Below, in pieces: positions 9,543 to 19,012 of a stretch of 64,000 bases of DNA. Below the pieces are notes generated by a model that was given only the letters and a program-made list of their open reading frames with translations, was not told the DNA's origin and ran no database searches. Source of the stretch: a virus (Duplodnaviria > Caudoviricetes); IMG/VR virus record IMGVR_UViG_3300033121_001167, positions 15,250-79,249 of that record, one strand, 5' to 3'. Position 1 is the stretch's first letter, and each line of letters begins with the position of its first letter. The position numbers were made by a program, and so were the translations under genes.

Positions 9543-10492
9543 CTTACAAAATTTGGATGGTTGTGAATATGTTTTGGGTGGGGAACATCAATAAATTTGG
9601 CAAACTGTCCTTCGTCTTGTCTCGATGGCCTAATCATGACTTTTTTTGAGGTTGGTAATGGGCGGAGAACAAATTCAGTTCCTTCGAGCGAATCTGCCCA
9701 TTTTTTGTGAACAAAATTATCTGAATTGTATCGTATTTTTTCCAATCCAGTTTCAAAGTCCTTCCAATACTGAGGATCGCTCCGATAAATGAGTTCATAC
9801 CGAAGTTCCTTCCATTTGCCATTGACAAACCACGGATAATGTCGTACCCAAAACTTATCTGTGTATTTGAGTAATGGATAATTTTGCGACATAAATCCAT
9901 CCATTGCCCGTCTGTAATTTTGCATATTATCAAAACAGTAACAAAAACGACGGAATTTTGGGCTGACTTCGTTGATTGCTTCGCAATAATACTGCGTTTC
10001 AAGAAAGTCTCTCCAAACGCATTTTAGTCCTTCGCCGGGCATCAATTTTGAGATTTCCTCGCTAATAACATCTTTGTCTAATTCGTAAAGGAACGCATCC
10101 GGTTCCAATGGAAAAATGATTGTTCCTTCACTGACAAACGATTCTAAACCGTGTGTTATAGCATTCAAAAAGCATATATTTGCATCATAATTCTTATAGT
10201 CAATAATTTTACATTCAATATGTGGCAATTTGCCATCACCATCAAATTGGTTCCGTGTATATTCGGAAACAATATCTAACGTCATTTCATAATCAAATCC
10301 AGCATTGGTGTCTTCATAACACCATTTTTTGCGAAATTGGCTGTCAATCTCTTTCTTATTTTCAACGCCTCCCGGAAAAATACCAGTGTTTATAATTATT
10401 ACATCGGGTTCAATTACATCTATCATGTTCTGAATCCAATACTTCAAGAAATGGCTGCTGGCAAATTCTGGAATTATGACAATTTTTTTCAT
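9539..10492 (-). CDS. putative glycosyltransferase (GT-A-like)
   Basis: 317 aa; LEPDAF (DxD-like), late RHY and HPKH; cluster context. Confidence 0.5.
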   Translation of the reverse strand: MKKIVIIPEFASSHFLKYWIQNMIDVIEPDVIIINTGIFPGGVENKKEIDSQFRKKWCYEDTNAGFDYEMTLDIVSEYTRNQFDGDGKLPHIECKIIDYKNYDANICFLNAITHGLESFVSEGTIIFPLEPDAFLYELDKDVISEEISKLMPGEGLKCVWRDFLETQYYCEAINEVSPKFRRFCYCFDNMQNYRRAMDGFMSQNYPLLKYTDKFWVRHYPWFVNGKWKELRYELIYRSDPQYWKDFETGLEKIRYNSDNFVHKKWADSLEGTEFVLRPLPTSKKVMIRPSRQDEGQFAKFIDVPHPKHIHNHPNFVR

Positions 10493-10695
10493 TGTATCTG
10501 CGTTATTTTATAGCAATTGTAATTCACATACGGATCCTCAAACTCATCAACCTCCGCCTCATCCACTGCAACTAACAACTCCATAGAAATCAAGTTTTGA
10601 GCAATATATTTAGCCACAGTACATTTAAGCGCATCAAGTGTGATTTGTTGCTCTTCGTACACAACATCAAGATCAATATCAAGTTGTATTTTCAT
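10489..10695 (-). CDS. hypothetical acidic protein
   Basis: ATGA-coupled ORF starting MKIQLD. Confidence 0.55.
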   Translation of the reverse strand: MKIQLDIDLDVVYEEQQITLDALKCTVAKYIAQNLISMELLVAVDEAEVDEFEDPYVNYNCYKITQIQ

Positions 10696-11342
10696 AAATG
10701 TATAACTCCAATCCCTCCCCACATTTGATCTAAGTCGTTGGTGTCTGGATAGACTATTTCAGAGGTTTTATACTTCCCGCTTGCTTTCAATTCCTGCCAA
10801 AACTCACCGACATAAACATTTCGGTCATGGTGTCGTTTGGAGATTTGGATGTCGTGGAATGCAACAATGCCACCTTTCCGTACAAATGGGGAATAATCTA
10901 TCCAGTCTAACTTAACTCCGTTGTATGAATGATCCCCGTCAATGAAGAGAAAATCAATAAATGGCTTAGTGGTTTTAGAACCAGATAGTGATAATAATTC
11001 GGCTTGAGTTGCGGTGCTGTGACTATTTCCACGAATGAACTTACAATTCTTAAATTTAGTTTTGAACCATTCATCCCGATCATCCATTTCCTTCTCGCTG
11101 ATCCCTCCGTGAATTCCGCCATCACTTACATCAATTGAAATGTTCAGTCCATCCCAATTAATAGAATTCCACAAATAGAAAGTTCCGCCATACTTTGTCC
11201 CGATTTCCAGAATGTTGTATGGTTGAGTTGTATCGCGGCCGTCAAAGTGACGAGAGACTAAATCATACAATTCAGTTATTTCCTGACGGATTTGGGGCAT
11301 ATAAAGTGAATATGCTGTGTTTATATTATGTTCGTTATTCAT
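10692..11342 (-). CDS. class I SAM-dependent methyltransferase (Methyltransf_24-like)
   Basis: LEIGTKYGGT, IDFLFIDGDHSY, GGIVAFHD. Confidence 0.9.
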   Translation of the reverse strand: MNNEHNINTAYSLYMPQIRQEITELYDLVSRHFDGRDTTQPYNILEIGTKYGGTFYLWNSINWDGLNISIDVSDGGIHGGISEKEMDDRDEWFKTKFKNCKFIRGNSHSTATQAELLSLSGSKTTKPFIDFLFIDGDHSYNGVKLDWIDYSPFVRKGGIVAFHDIQISKRHHDRNVYVGEFWQELKASGKYKTSEIVYPDTNDLDQMWGGIGVIHL

Positions 11343-11586
11343 TAGTTTCTTTAAATATTTTCATCAGTACATCCGAGCCTCCACACACTTCAAAATTAGT
11401 TTGAGCGTCCCGAAAATCGTACTGAGCCAAACGTGTTTGGGTTTTAACGTGTGCAAGAATATCATCTACATTATCAAGCGCAGATACAGTTGACAATAAA
11501 GTCAGCATCGTCGTCTCCACTTTATCGGCGACATTAAGACGAATTAACATATCAACTTGTTCGTCGGTAAACTGATTGTAGCACAT
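11335..11586 (-). CDS. hypothetical protein
   Basis: 83 aa ORF. Confidence 0.6.
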   Translation of the reverse strand: MCYNQFTDEQVDMLIRLNVADKVETTMLTLLSTVSALDNVDDILAHVKTQTRLAQYDFRDAQTNFEVCGGSDVLMKIFKETNE

Positions 11587-11710
11587 AATTAAATTTTTGT
11601 TTTAACATTCGTCATCCATCATACTTCGCTGTCGGTCGCCCACGACCTCTTTGCTTGTATGACTCATTTCATTTTTTTTTGCTCATAATGCTACGCAGAT
11701 AACCCCTGAC

Positions 11711-11840
11711 TCACTGGAGGGCGAGGCGGAAGCCAACATAGTAGGCACGGATCGTCGGCACGAAGTTGCCGAGATCAGCGGAGCGGCAGCGCCGAGCATC
11801 GATGCTCCAGCTGCCGCCGCGAAGCACGCGGAGCCCGCCC
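11711..11840 (-). other. candidate DGR variable region (VR)
   Basis: C-terminal RGGSWSIDARRCRSADLGNFVPTIRAYYVGFRL. Positions that are Asn (AAY) in typical template repeats carry NNC/NNT codons (AGC ATC GAT CGC GAT GGC AAC TTC ATC GCC TAC TAT). No TR seen in the window. Confidence 0.5.
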
Positions 11841-12385
11841 GAATCCGGTCCTGTTGGGTTGATCTGCGGCTGCGGCTCGGATGGGTAGTCTCCAGACCAA
11901 TCTTGGCACCATTCCCACACGTTGCCGCTCATGTCGTGAATACCGAGTTCGTTGGGCTTTTTTGTGCCTACCGAGTGGGTGCGTAAGTTGGAGTTTTTAT
12001 ACCGCCAAGCGACTTCGTCCAAGTCGTCGCTGCCAGCGTATTTATATCCGTTGGAATAAATGCCTCCACGAGCAGCGTATTCCCATTCCGCTTCCGTTGG
12101 CAAGCGGTACGCTTTGCCCGTTAGCATGTTGAGTTTTTGGATGAACTCCTGACAGTCGGTCCAACTGACATTTTCTACGGGCAAGTCATCACCCTTGAAA
12201 TGGCTGGGATTGTCACCCATGACCGCAGCCCACTGTGCTTGCGTCACTGGGCATTTTCCGATGTAGAAGTCGGAAAGTGTGACTTCGTGCTGGGTTTCGT
12301 CGTCGTAGCGCCCGACTTCGTTCTCTGGGCTTCCCATCATAAACGTACCGCCTTGGACAAAAATCATTTCTGGCTCAAAATTCAT
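11711..12385 (-). CDS. FGE-sulfatase / C-type-lectin-fold protein, DGR-target-like, GC-rich
   Basis: GGTFMMGS, EVTLSDFYIGKCPVT, PVENVSW, RLPTEAEWEYAARGG, GIHDMSGNVWEW, RVLRGGSW...GFRL. Start set at MNFEPE (12385), below the promoter. Sampled lines are 50-70% GC versus about 30% in flanks. Confidence 0.92.
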   Translation of the reverse strand: MNFEPEMIFVQGGTFMMGSPENEVGRYDDETQHEVTLSDFYIGKCPVTQAQWAAVMGDNPSHFKGDDLPVENVSWTDCQEFIQKLNMLTGKAYRLPTEAEWEYAARGGIYSNGYKYAGSDDLDEVAWRYKNSNLRTHSVGTKKPNELGIHDMSGNVWEWCQDWSGDYPSEPQPQINPTGPDSGGLRVLRGGSWSIDARRCRSADLGNFVPTIRAYYVGFRLALQ

Positions 12386-12416
12386 AATAGCATTGCTTGT
12401 TTTAAAAATTATAGTA

Positions 12417-12458
12417 CAAAGGTATGGTAAATTTTCAGACAATTCCAAATCATTAACA
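12417..12458 (-). promoter_or_regulatory. Bacteroidota-type promoter driving the FGE/CLec gene
   Basis: TGTTAATGATTTG (-33 at 12446-12449), 21 nt spacer, TACCTTTG (12417-12424). A 16-mer is identical to the ssb promoter (12443-12458 = 55185-55200). Confidence 0.75.
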
Positions 12459-12800
12459 AATAGTTAACGTATCACTGGTCGTTGTTATGTGTGTCATTGT
12501 ACCACCTACAAACAAATTGAAATCATAGATTGGTTCACTACAAACGATCTCTTCAGTATTTAGTATTGTAATTTGTTCAGTATCGCTTCCAAAATCACAA
12601 CTTGGACATTTTCCCTTTGACGATATGTCCCATCTATGCCCATGTGAGCAAGAATAACTGGTCGTAGTTGTATTCATATCGTGGTGGTGGTATTTTCCGG
12701 CAGTATCATAATAAGGAGCACAATACATTGCAGTACATGTACTCATGCCCGGATAAACATTGGATTCGAGATTCTTTTCTTGGCAGACAGGACACTTCAT
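12453..12800 (-). CDS. Cys-rich (Zn-ribbon) hypothetical protein
   Basis: CPVC ... CSHGH ... CPSC; start MKCPVC, ATGA-coupled. Confidence 0.65.
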   Translation of the reverse strand: MKCPVCQEKNLESNVYPGMSTCTAMYCAPYYDTAGKYHHHDMNTTTTSYSCSHGHRWDISSKGKCPSCDFGSDTEQITILNTEEIVCSEPIYDFNLFVGGTMTHITTTSDTLTIC

Positions 12801-13021
12801 AAATAAGTTGGAGAACATTTGGGGCAAGAACACGAAATATTGTGAATACATATACCAAGCACTGAACGACCAGTACCACGGCATTGTGGGCAAGCGTCAT
12901 GCAAACATGGGTAAATTTGAGTTATAATTTTTTGCTGCTCATATTCTTTTTGAGTGAATGTTAGTGTAGTTGAGTAACTACATAATTCGGGGGTATATTT
13001 AAAATCATTTGAACTGGTCAT
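12797..13021 (-). CDS. small Cys-rich (Zn-finger) protein
   Basis: CLHDACPQCRGTG ... CIHNISCSCPKC. Confidence 0.65.
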   Translation of the reverse strand: MTSSNDFKYTPELCSYSTTLTFTQKEYEQQKIITQIYPCLHDACPQCRGTGRSVLGICIHNISCSCPKCSPTYL

Positions 13022-14000
13022 AAAGTCCTTCGGTTATTTCAAAATTATCAAATGTTTGGAGTTTCCTAACAGGTTCTCGTTTAGCCCATTCCCACATTTT
13101 AGTGAGGCCATCCTTCAACGAAGTTACACATTCAAGCCCTAAAATAATTCTGGCTTTGGTATGATCTGAAAATGCTGAATGCACTTCGTATATTGGAGGA
13201 TAATATTTTCGGTCAACTTTATGTCCAACTACTTCCTCCAATATATCAAGCATTTCTACAATGGTAAATTCATTATTAGCCCCCAAATTGAATGTTCCCA
13301 ACCGAGTATTTTCGGACGCTCCACATAACCACAGTGGGAGCATTAAGTCGTCAATACAAGTAAATGCACGGGTTTGGCTGCCATCTCCATAAATACTAAC
13401 AGGTTCATTATTAAGTATTTTACGCATGAAAATTCCAATAACGTTCCTATAAGAATCCCATAAGTTTTGGTTTACGCCATAGACTGAATGTGGTCGCACT
13501 ATGGTATATTCCAACCCATGTTGTTTCCAAGCGCATTGTAAATCCAATTCAACGGCAAACTTTCCAATACCATAGGAATCGCAAGGGATTGGGGTCATGT
13601 TTTCAGTAAATGGAGTTGGATTGTGTCCATACACAGCCATACTGGAAGCGAATACAAATCTTTTAACTTTATATTGTATTGCGTAATTTATCAAATTTGC
13701 ACTATCTACGATGTTACTTTGGTAGTAAAATTTTCGTTTAAAATTTGCTACACTTTCAGCGGCTTCGGCCGAAAAATGATAAACAATTTCAATGTTATGT
13801 CGTTGGAAAATATCAGTTAAATCGCTTCCGCAATCACGATAATAGAAAATACATTTCGGATTAACATATTCTAAAAAACCTCCAGAGAGATTGTCTATTC
13901 CAACCACGTCGTATTCTGGCTTATTTTCAACCAACCAGTTAACTAAATTACTACCTAACAATCCAGCATTTCCGGTTACTAAAATTGATTTGTTTTTCAT
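13005..14000 (-). CDS. NAD-dependent epimerase/dehydratase (extended SDR, NDP-sugar modifying)
   Basis: TGNAGLLG Rossmann variant, FASSMAVYG, YGIGK catalytic motif. Confidence 0.92.
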   Translation of the reverse strand: MKNKSILVTGNAGLLGSNLVNWLVENKPEYDVVGIDNLSGGFLEYVNPKCIFYYRDCGSDLTDIFQRHNIEIVYHFSAEAAESVANFKRKFYYQSNIVDSANLINYAIQYKVKRFVFASSMAVYGHNPTPFTENMTPIPCDSYGIGKFAVELDLQCAWKQHGLEYTIVRPHSVYGVNQNLWDSYRNVIGIFMRKILNNEPVSIYGDGSQTRAFTCIDDLMLPLWLCGASENTRLGTFNLGANNEFTIVEMLDILEEVVGHKVDRKYYPPIYEVHSAFSDHTKARIILGLECVTSLKDGLTKMWEWAKREPVRKLQTFDNFEITEGLYDQFK

Positions 14001-14359
14001 TCTGCAATTATTTTATCAATGTTATTTTTTGTAGTGGCTCTTAATTCATTCGCAGTTCTTGCCCGAAGTTCTTGTTTCAATATTTCAATTTGTGCTAACT
14101 TCGCTCTATCAGCCTGTCCAATTTCCAAATCCGACCAAACCAATTGCTCAACCAAATTACTAAATGTTCGTTTTTCTGAAATATATTCATAACCACTTTT
14201 GATTTCTGCAAATGCAGTTTCCAGTCGGTTTTTTATTTCATTTACAATTCCGGTTTGATGTTCAATTCTCTCATCATCGTCAAAAAAATATAGTTTAATT
14301 CGTTCAGTGATTAACCTGTCAATCAGCGCCGAAATAGTATCAATGTTTGTAATTCGCAA
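13997..14359 (-). CDS. helical hypothetical protein (DUF4254-like)
   Basis: SALIDRLITERIKLY resembles the IDRLSIL motif recalled for DUF4254. Confidence 0.35.
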   Translation of the reverse strand: MRITNIDTISALIDRLITERIKLYFFDDDERIEHQTGIVNEIKNRLETAFAEIKSGYEYISEKRTFSNLVEQLVWSDLEIGQADRAKLAQIEILKQELRARTANELRATTKNNIDKIIAE

Positions 14360-14999
14360 TATTAAATGCCTCCAACGTATTTTTAAATGGATTATTTTCT
14401 ATATTACTGGCCAGTGCCATCATTTCCTCGGCAATTTCTCTAATTTCATTTTGCGCATGTTCTGAATTTCTAAGTATTTGAAAATTAAAAAACGACCGCA
14501 TATTGAACATCACATCGTAAGTTATTTGGCTGTTATATGTCTTGAAATATCTGGCAGACTCTTTCGCCCGTTTCCTACCAAGAACTGGAGTTAAATCGGA
14601 CAGACAACCATGATACAATTCATTTCCCATCCTCGTATATTCATCCAACATATCCATCCAACTACTTTCTGGATTTACAGTTGTTCGTATGTCTTGCCAA
14701 TCACTTGGAAGATAATATTTGTCCTCCTTCAGTTCTTTATAGCGGGCACTCTCCGCATTCATAGAACTCATTCGGTGTTTCAAAAAATGAATATGAGTTG
14801 CAATGTCAGATGTCACTAAAAAATGAACTATACCTTTTTCAAATGGAGTGTAGTGACCATCTTTCCACAATTTTGCAATTAATTGTGGTATTCTATTGCG
14901 CTTCTCTTCACTTAAATCGCGACTGGTTGAAGTCCAAGCACTTTGAGCAATTATTTCATCACTCCCATAATGCCCAATTAGTTCAACTGTATTTTTCAT
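14340..14999 (-). CDS. thyX: flavin-dependent thymidylate synthase
   Basis: GHYTPFE and KHRMSSMNAESARY (RHRx7S variant), NAQ-like HAQNEIR. Confidence 0.9.
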   Translation of the reverse strand: MKNTVELIGHYGSDEIIAQSAWTSTSRDLSEEKRNRIPQLIAKLWKDGHYTPFEKGIVHFLVTSDIATHIHFLKHRMSSMNAESARYKELKEDKYYLPSDWQDIRTTVNPESSWMDMLDEYTRMGNELYHGCLSDLTPVLGRKRAKESARYFKTYNSQITYDVMFNMRSFFNFQILRNSEHAQNEIREIAEEMMALASNIENNPFKNTLEAFNIANYKH

Positions 15000-16036
15000 G
15001 TCCCAAACCCCTCCAATTTTGATAGCCAGTTATATGTGTGAACTACTAATTTTTCTGGATTGTATTGAGTGGCGTATTCCTTCCGCATATTTTCAACATA
15101 ATGTTGCTGGGAAGATTCCCAGTTTTCAAGTATGCTAACAATTTTATCGTTTATATCACTGTAATTCCATGCACAATTAACATACGTCATACCGGGTTTA
15201 TATACATTTGGAATAGTATTTATATGACTCATATCAGGTTTTATCAGGACTGCTCCGAGACTTGCTGCTTCAATATCTCTTGGCGCAATTTCGCCATATC
15301 CAAACGGAGCAACGATAATCTTACTTCTACTCATTAGATTGTAATATTCCTGTATCGGAACGTGAGCACCATTTACAAGTTTAGCAACCTTAACAGTTTC
15401 TGGCAAATTATCCAGATGTGAAATACAACGTCTGCGATGTCGGTCGTAATATCTGGAAGTTTCATTTAGAAATTCTAAATTTGCTTTGGCTGGATACGAA
15501 AACAATGCAAAAACATCAATGTCTTTCTTTGCGTCTTTGTATTGAAACCAGTTTGGCGTTATAGTTCCTAACCAGTTCGTACCACTTAATTGTATTCCAT
15601 TCATGTCAATGTCGGGGATGGAATAAGTAGAATATGGTAAATTAGATACTTCGTTCCAATATATGCGACCGTGCGGTGTTCCTCGCTTATAATCATCTAA
15701 GTTGGAGTATAATGTATTCTTTAACAAGAGTTTTGCTTTACTTTGTCGGAAGACTTCATAAGTTCCCATCATCGTCGCGCTGTCCTGCCCATCAAAAATT
15801 ACATAATCGCCTTCAACTTTATTGTCCAAAAACCACAATCCCCGGTTAATTGCTCGTTCAAGTGGGTGATTTTTATCACAAATTGATGCCTGACCTACCC
15901 ACGTTAAATCGCAATTATCGCCCTCAAATACAAATTCAACCCCAATGTCCTGAAATAAATGTTTTGCTTGGATGAACGGTCGGAATGTGGTCTCGTTCCT
16001 GTGCCTAAAAACTTCCGCTATTTTTATCTTTATCAT
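14996..16036 (-). CDS. glycosyltransferase (GT-B, Glyco_trans_1_2-like)
   Basis: SKIIVAPFGYGEIAPRDIEAASLGAVLIKP C-terminal GT-B motif. Confidence 0.75.
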   Translation of the reverse strand: MIKIKIAEVFRHRNETTFRPFIQAKHLFQDIGVEFVFEGDNCDLTWVGQASICDKNHPLERAINRGLWFLDNKVEGDYVIFDGQDSATMMGTYEVFRQSKAKLLLKNTLYSNLDDYKRGTPHGRIYWNEVSNLPYSTYSIPDIDMNGIQLSGTNWLGTITPNWFQYKDAKKDIDVFALFSYPAKANLEFLNETSRYYDRHRRRCISHLDNLPETVKVAKLVNGAHVPIQEYYNLMSRSKIIVAPFGYGEIAPRDIEAASLGAVLIKPDMSHINTIPNVYKPGMTYVNCAWNYSDINDKIVSILENWESSQQHYVENMRKEYATQYNPEKLVVHTYNWLSKLEGFGT

Positions 16037-16172
16037 ATACTTGTAATATTTTATACGCAATTCCCAACCACTCGTCGGATAAAATGATGAACAATCCTAC
16101 TATTGTCAGAATCAATACAAGTGATAATAAACTCCATAGTAAGAAGATTAGAAATGCACTAAAATATTTCAT
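16005..16172 (-). CDS. small membrane protein
   Basis: Long hydrophobic stretch; start MKYFSAF. Confidence 0.5.
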   Translation of the reverse strand: MKYFSAFLIFLLWSLLSLVLILTIVGLFIILSDEWLGIAYKILQVYDKDKNSGSF

Positions 16173-16860
16173 AAAATTTGTTTTGTTTAATTTGTCGTTG
16201 CAATTCTTTGACGTGAAAAATGCCATACCCAAAATCTGCAAATGGAAGTTTTGCCAAGTTATTCATTCCCAACAATTTCTCATGCACTGCACCTTCCCAT
16301 TTTATTTTATCGCTTCTACGATAGATACGACGTTGATAATCAGGCAAATTTACTAAATGCACTTTGTCAGATTTCAATCCATACAATTCAAGTACTGATT
16401 TAGTATCATAATCTAATTTTTGTATCATTTCAGTTGTAACATTCCATCCCCACGTTGTAGTCCATTCCTTTGTCAAGCCCTTTACTATATTGAAACGTGG
16501 TACATCATACGCATCAACATCTGCATTTTCTAACAGTAAAAATTTCAAAACTGTCAAAAGTTGTTTGGATGGTATCTCATCAGCGTCAATTAAAAAGATG
16601 TAATCACTTTTACATTGTTTGGCAAAATTGGATTTGAACGTACCAAAATCTTTATTTAATGGGTATTCTATATATTGAAAGTTGGGCATTTTTGAATGCC
16701 CACGAATGACGCTGATCACAGCATCAGTCACTTTTCCTTGATCTCCCTGTACTATAATTTCATCGCAATCTTCAACGAATGGGATTAACGTTTTTAGCAA
16801 TAATTCCAGTTCGGCGGATTCGTTATGGACAGGGATGCAATAACTGATTGATACTTTCAT
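16159..16860 (-). CDS. glycosyltransferase family 2
   Basis: ISYCIPVHNE, YIFLIDADE, W.G.VHE motifs. Confidence 0.88.
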   Translation of the reverse strand: MKVSISYCIPVHNESAELELLLKTLIPFVEDCDEIIVQGDQGKVTDAVISVIRGHSKMPNFQYIEYPLNKDFGTFKSNFAKQCKSDYIFLIDADEIPSKQLLTVLKFLLLENADVDAYDVPRFNIVKGLTKEWTTTWGWNVTTEMIQKLDYDTKSVLELYGLKSDKVHLVNLPDYQRRIYRRSDKIKWEGAVHEKLLGMNNLAKLPFADFGYGIFHVKELQRQIKQNKFYEIF

Positions 16861-16862
16861 TT

Positions 16863-17336
16863 TTAGTTTGGATTGGTGTCGTAAATTGTTGAATTAAGTT
16901 CGTGAAATTTGAAAAAAGCATCCTCAAATTCAAATTCACCAAACTCAATTGCATTCGTATCGTCCATAACAAACACATCCTCCCCAATCTTCATAGTCGC
17001 CCATGTAAAAGCGGGTGTAGGATTGTCACCAGCGGGCTTAAATTGCGCCACCTTCCACTTTTTTTCGTCTGGGTATAGTACAATGCCCCTACTAAATAAA
17101 GTCGTTTTATACCAAACCTGACGCGATTTAGACTCTACAAAACGAGTCTCCAAAACTATGTCGGGTGAAGTTTCTTCAAATCGTTCTATTGCTTCGCCCC
17201 CCTCAATCCAATCACCGTAGGTTTGATAACCAGTCTCCATGTCTAACGACATCATGGTGTTGGTCAACTCGTCAAATTCATCCAATACAGTCATTTTTCC
17301 TGTTATTGGACTTACACGATCATAATTTAGTCTCAT
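16863..17336 (-). CDS. hypothetical protein
   Basis: 157 aa ORF. Confidence 0.7.
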   Translation of the reverse strand: MRLNYDRVSPITGKMTVLDEFDELTNTMMSLDMETGYQTYGDWIEGGEAIERFEETSPDIVLETRFVESKSRQVWYKTTLFSRGIVLYPDEKKWKVAQFKPAGDNPTPAFTWATMKIGEDVFVMDDTNAIEFGEFEFEDAFFKFHELNSTIYDTNPN

Positions 17337-17338
17337 GG

Positions 17339-17512
17339 TTAAGGCTTTTTAATGTTATCAAGTAATTCTTTTACTTTTTTTAGTTGTTCGTCCGATTCGT
17401 TTATCATTTTGGACATAGTATCATTATTTTTTTGAATTTGTGTGTAAAGTCGCACAATGTAAACTAATGCCAGCAATGAACAAACTAATGAGATAGCGTT
17501 AACGGTAGTCAT
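17339..17512 (-). CDS. small N-terminally anchored protein (57 aa, absent from ORF track)
   Basis: Manual translation MTTVNAISLVCSLLALVYIVRLYTQIQKNN...KKP*; ATG overlaps the upstream stop. Confidence 0.6.
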   Translation of the reverse strand: MTTVNAISLVCSLLALVYIVRLYTQIQKNNDTMSKMINESDEQLKKVKELLDNIKKP

Positions 17513-18801
17513 GTTAATTTTTTAAGTTGTGGAAGTTTGAGTGACAATGTAGGTTTGGGCTGTACTGTGGCGTATTTGTCAAGTAACATTTCAAATCGTT
17601 CAGTCATTTTATCTAAACTGAAATTATCTTTTGTGTGTTTGATGTGCTTACGACTTTTTTCTAAACATTTCTCGTAGTTCTCAAAAACATGCCGCATAAT
17701 TTGGCTGCCCATCGCATAACTCGCAGTAAACCATTTTCCTTCTTTTGGTATCCATTGATTTGCAGCACTTGCATCAATTTGAGTGAGTGAACCGGGAATG
17801 AGGAAAGAAAATTGAGGATTTAAAAAATCAAGCGGTCCACCATAATTTGAACAAATAACGGGCTTTCCAGTCGTGGTAAATTCGGCAATAGGAAGACCCC
17901 ATGATTCGCCCTTTGTGAATGTAACAAACGCTTTAATTTTTGCGTGATTATACATCGTATTCATTTCGTCGTCAGTCAATTCACCATTCAACAAATAAAT
18001 ACTGGGCAATTTTCCATTAAATCCTTCGTCTCGTACAACTTCTTCTATTTGCTGAATTTTATCAATAATTCCATTCCGCTCAACATTACTAAATCCTGCC
18101 CCACTCGTTTTCAATACAAGTGCGGGCGCATTTTTTTTGTTTTTGAACGCATTAAAAAATGTATGAATTAAACCACTTACATTTTTTCGGTCTTCTCCAA
18201 ATCGTCCTTCCAACCAATGCCCACAATATAAAAATGCAAATGACTCCGGGATTTTATTCAATTGTTCAATTATAGGAGATTTTACAATGTTTGTTTTGTT
18301 ATAAATTTGTAAATCTGTTCCTTCAAACAATGTTTCAACAACACCCGTAAATTTAAGCGATTCTATGATTTGGTTTGTGACATTATCCCTTTTTTCAATT
18401 ACAGTTTCCTTCAGGACATCTACGTTGAATTGGGATGGAACAAGGACTAAATCCATTCGGTTGCAACCGGAAATAAAATCTGGAGGACAAATATTCGCCT
18501 CCGTAAGCGCCGTCACTCCAATAGAAACCTTCCCAACCTTTTGAAATTCGCTTGGAATTGTAACATGAATACTGATGTCTGGAACTTCTGTTAGATGGGG
18601 TACAATTTTCTGTAAAATTGCAATGTGATCTGGATTCGTTTGATCCAATGCAGTTTGTGGCGTAGTTCCCCAACGGATTGGCACTATTTTTAAATCGTAT
18701 TTATCCAATCTCAACAAAGATTTCGCTAAAATTCTGGAATGGATTCCATAACCAGCAACTGAAAAGATTGGACAAATTAAGGCAAGGGTAGGTTTATTCA
18801 T
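17509..18801 (-). CDS. glycosyltransferase GT4-like
   Basis: Start MNKPTL; SVAGYGIHSR; FTKGESWGLPIAEF. Confidence 0.88.
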   Translation of the reverse strand: MNKPTLALICPIFSVAGYGIHSRILAKSLLRLDKYDLKIVPIRWGTTPQTALDQTNPDHIAILQKIVPHLTEVPDISIHVTIPSEFQKVGKVSIGVTALTEANICPPDFISGCNRMDLVLVPSQFNVDVLKETVIEKRDNVTNQIIESLKFTGVVETLFEGTDLQIYNKTNIVKSPIIEQLNKIPESFAFLYCGHWLEGRFGEDRKNVSGLIHTFFNAFKNKKNAPALVLKTSGAGFSNVERNGIIDKIQQIEEVVRDEGFNGKLPSIYLLNGELTDDEMNTMYNHAKIKAFVTFTKGESWGLPIAEFTTTGKPVICSNYGGPLDFLNPQFSFLIPGSLTQIDASAANQWIPKEGKWFTASYAMGSQIMRHVFENYEKCLEKSRKHIKHTKDNFSLDKMTERFEMLLDKYATVQPKPTLSLKLPQLKKLT

Positions 18802-19012
18802 TATCAAACTTAATAAGTTGTTTATAGTGTTCTGTATTAGATACCATGTCTGCGACCATATCATGCGACGCATTTCCGTAGAGCCCGAAATTATATATTC
18901 CGCGTGAAAACCATTTAAAATCTGGATAATCGTTCGCCCATGCAATTTCTGCCAATTTTTCCACTCCATCCATCTCAATTGTTCCAAGTATGAACTTAAA
19001 CAGTCTTAACAT
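18794..19012 (-). CDS. hypothetical protein
   Basis: 72 aa coupled ORF. Confidence 0.55.
   Translation of the reverse strand: MLRLFKFILGTIEMDGVEKLAEIAWANDYPDFKWFSRGIYNFGLYGNASHDMVADMVSNTEHYKQLIKFDNE

Noticed and set aside
11634-11647. GGTCG-CCCA-CGACC hairpin as the DGR post-IMH cruciform
   Set aside because: The stem is only 5 bp and about 65 nt from the stop; too weak to call without a TR.
11794-11807. 14-bp perfect palindrome GAGCATCGATGCTC inside the VR-like region
   Set aside because: A single instance in coding, GC-rich sequence; no function can be supported.
11586-12458. A complete DGR cassette
   Set aside because: No reverse transcriptase, Avd or second GC-rich template-repeat copy was found in the window. 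Only the target-like gene is supported.
17509-18987. Long upstream starts given in the ORF track (e.g. 18987, 12448, 24863, 44176)
   Set aside because: They overlap other genes or promoter boxes; downstream ATGs coupled to neighbouring stops fit better.
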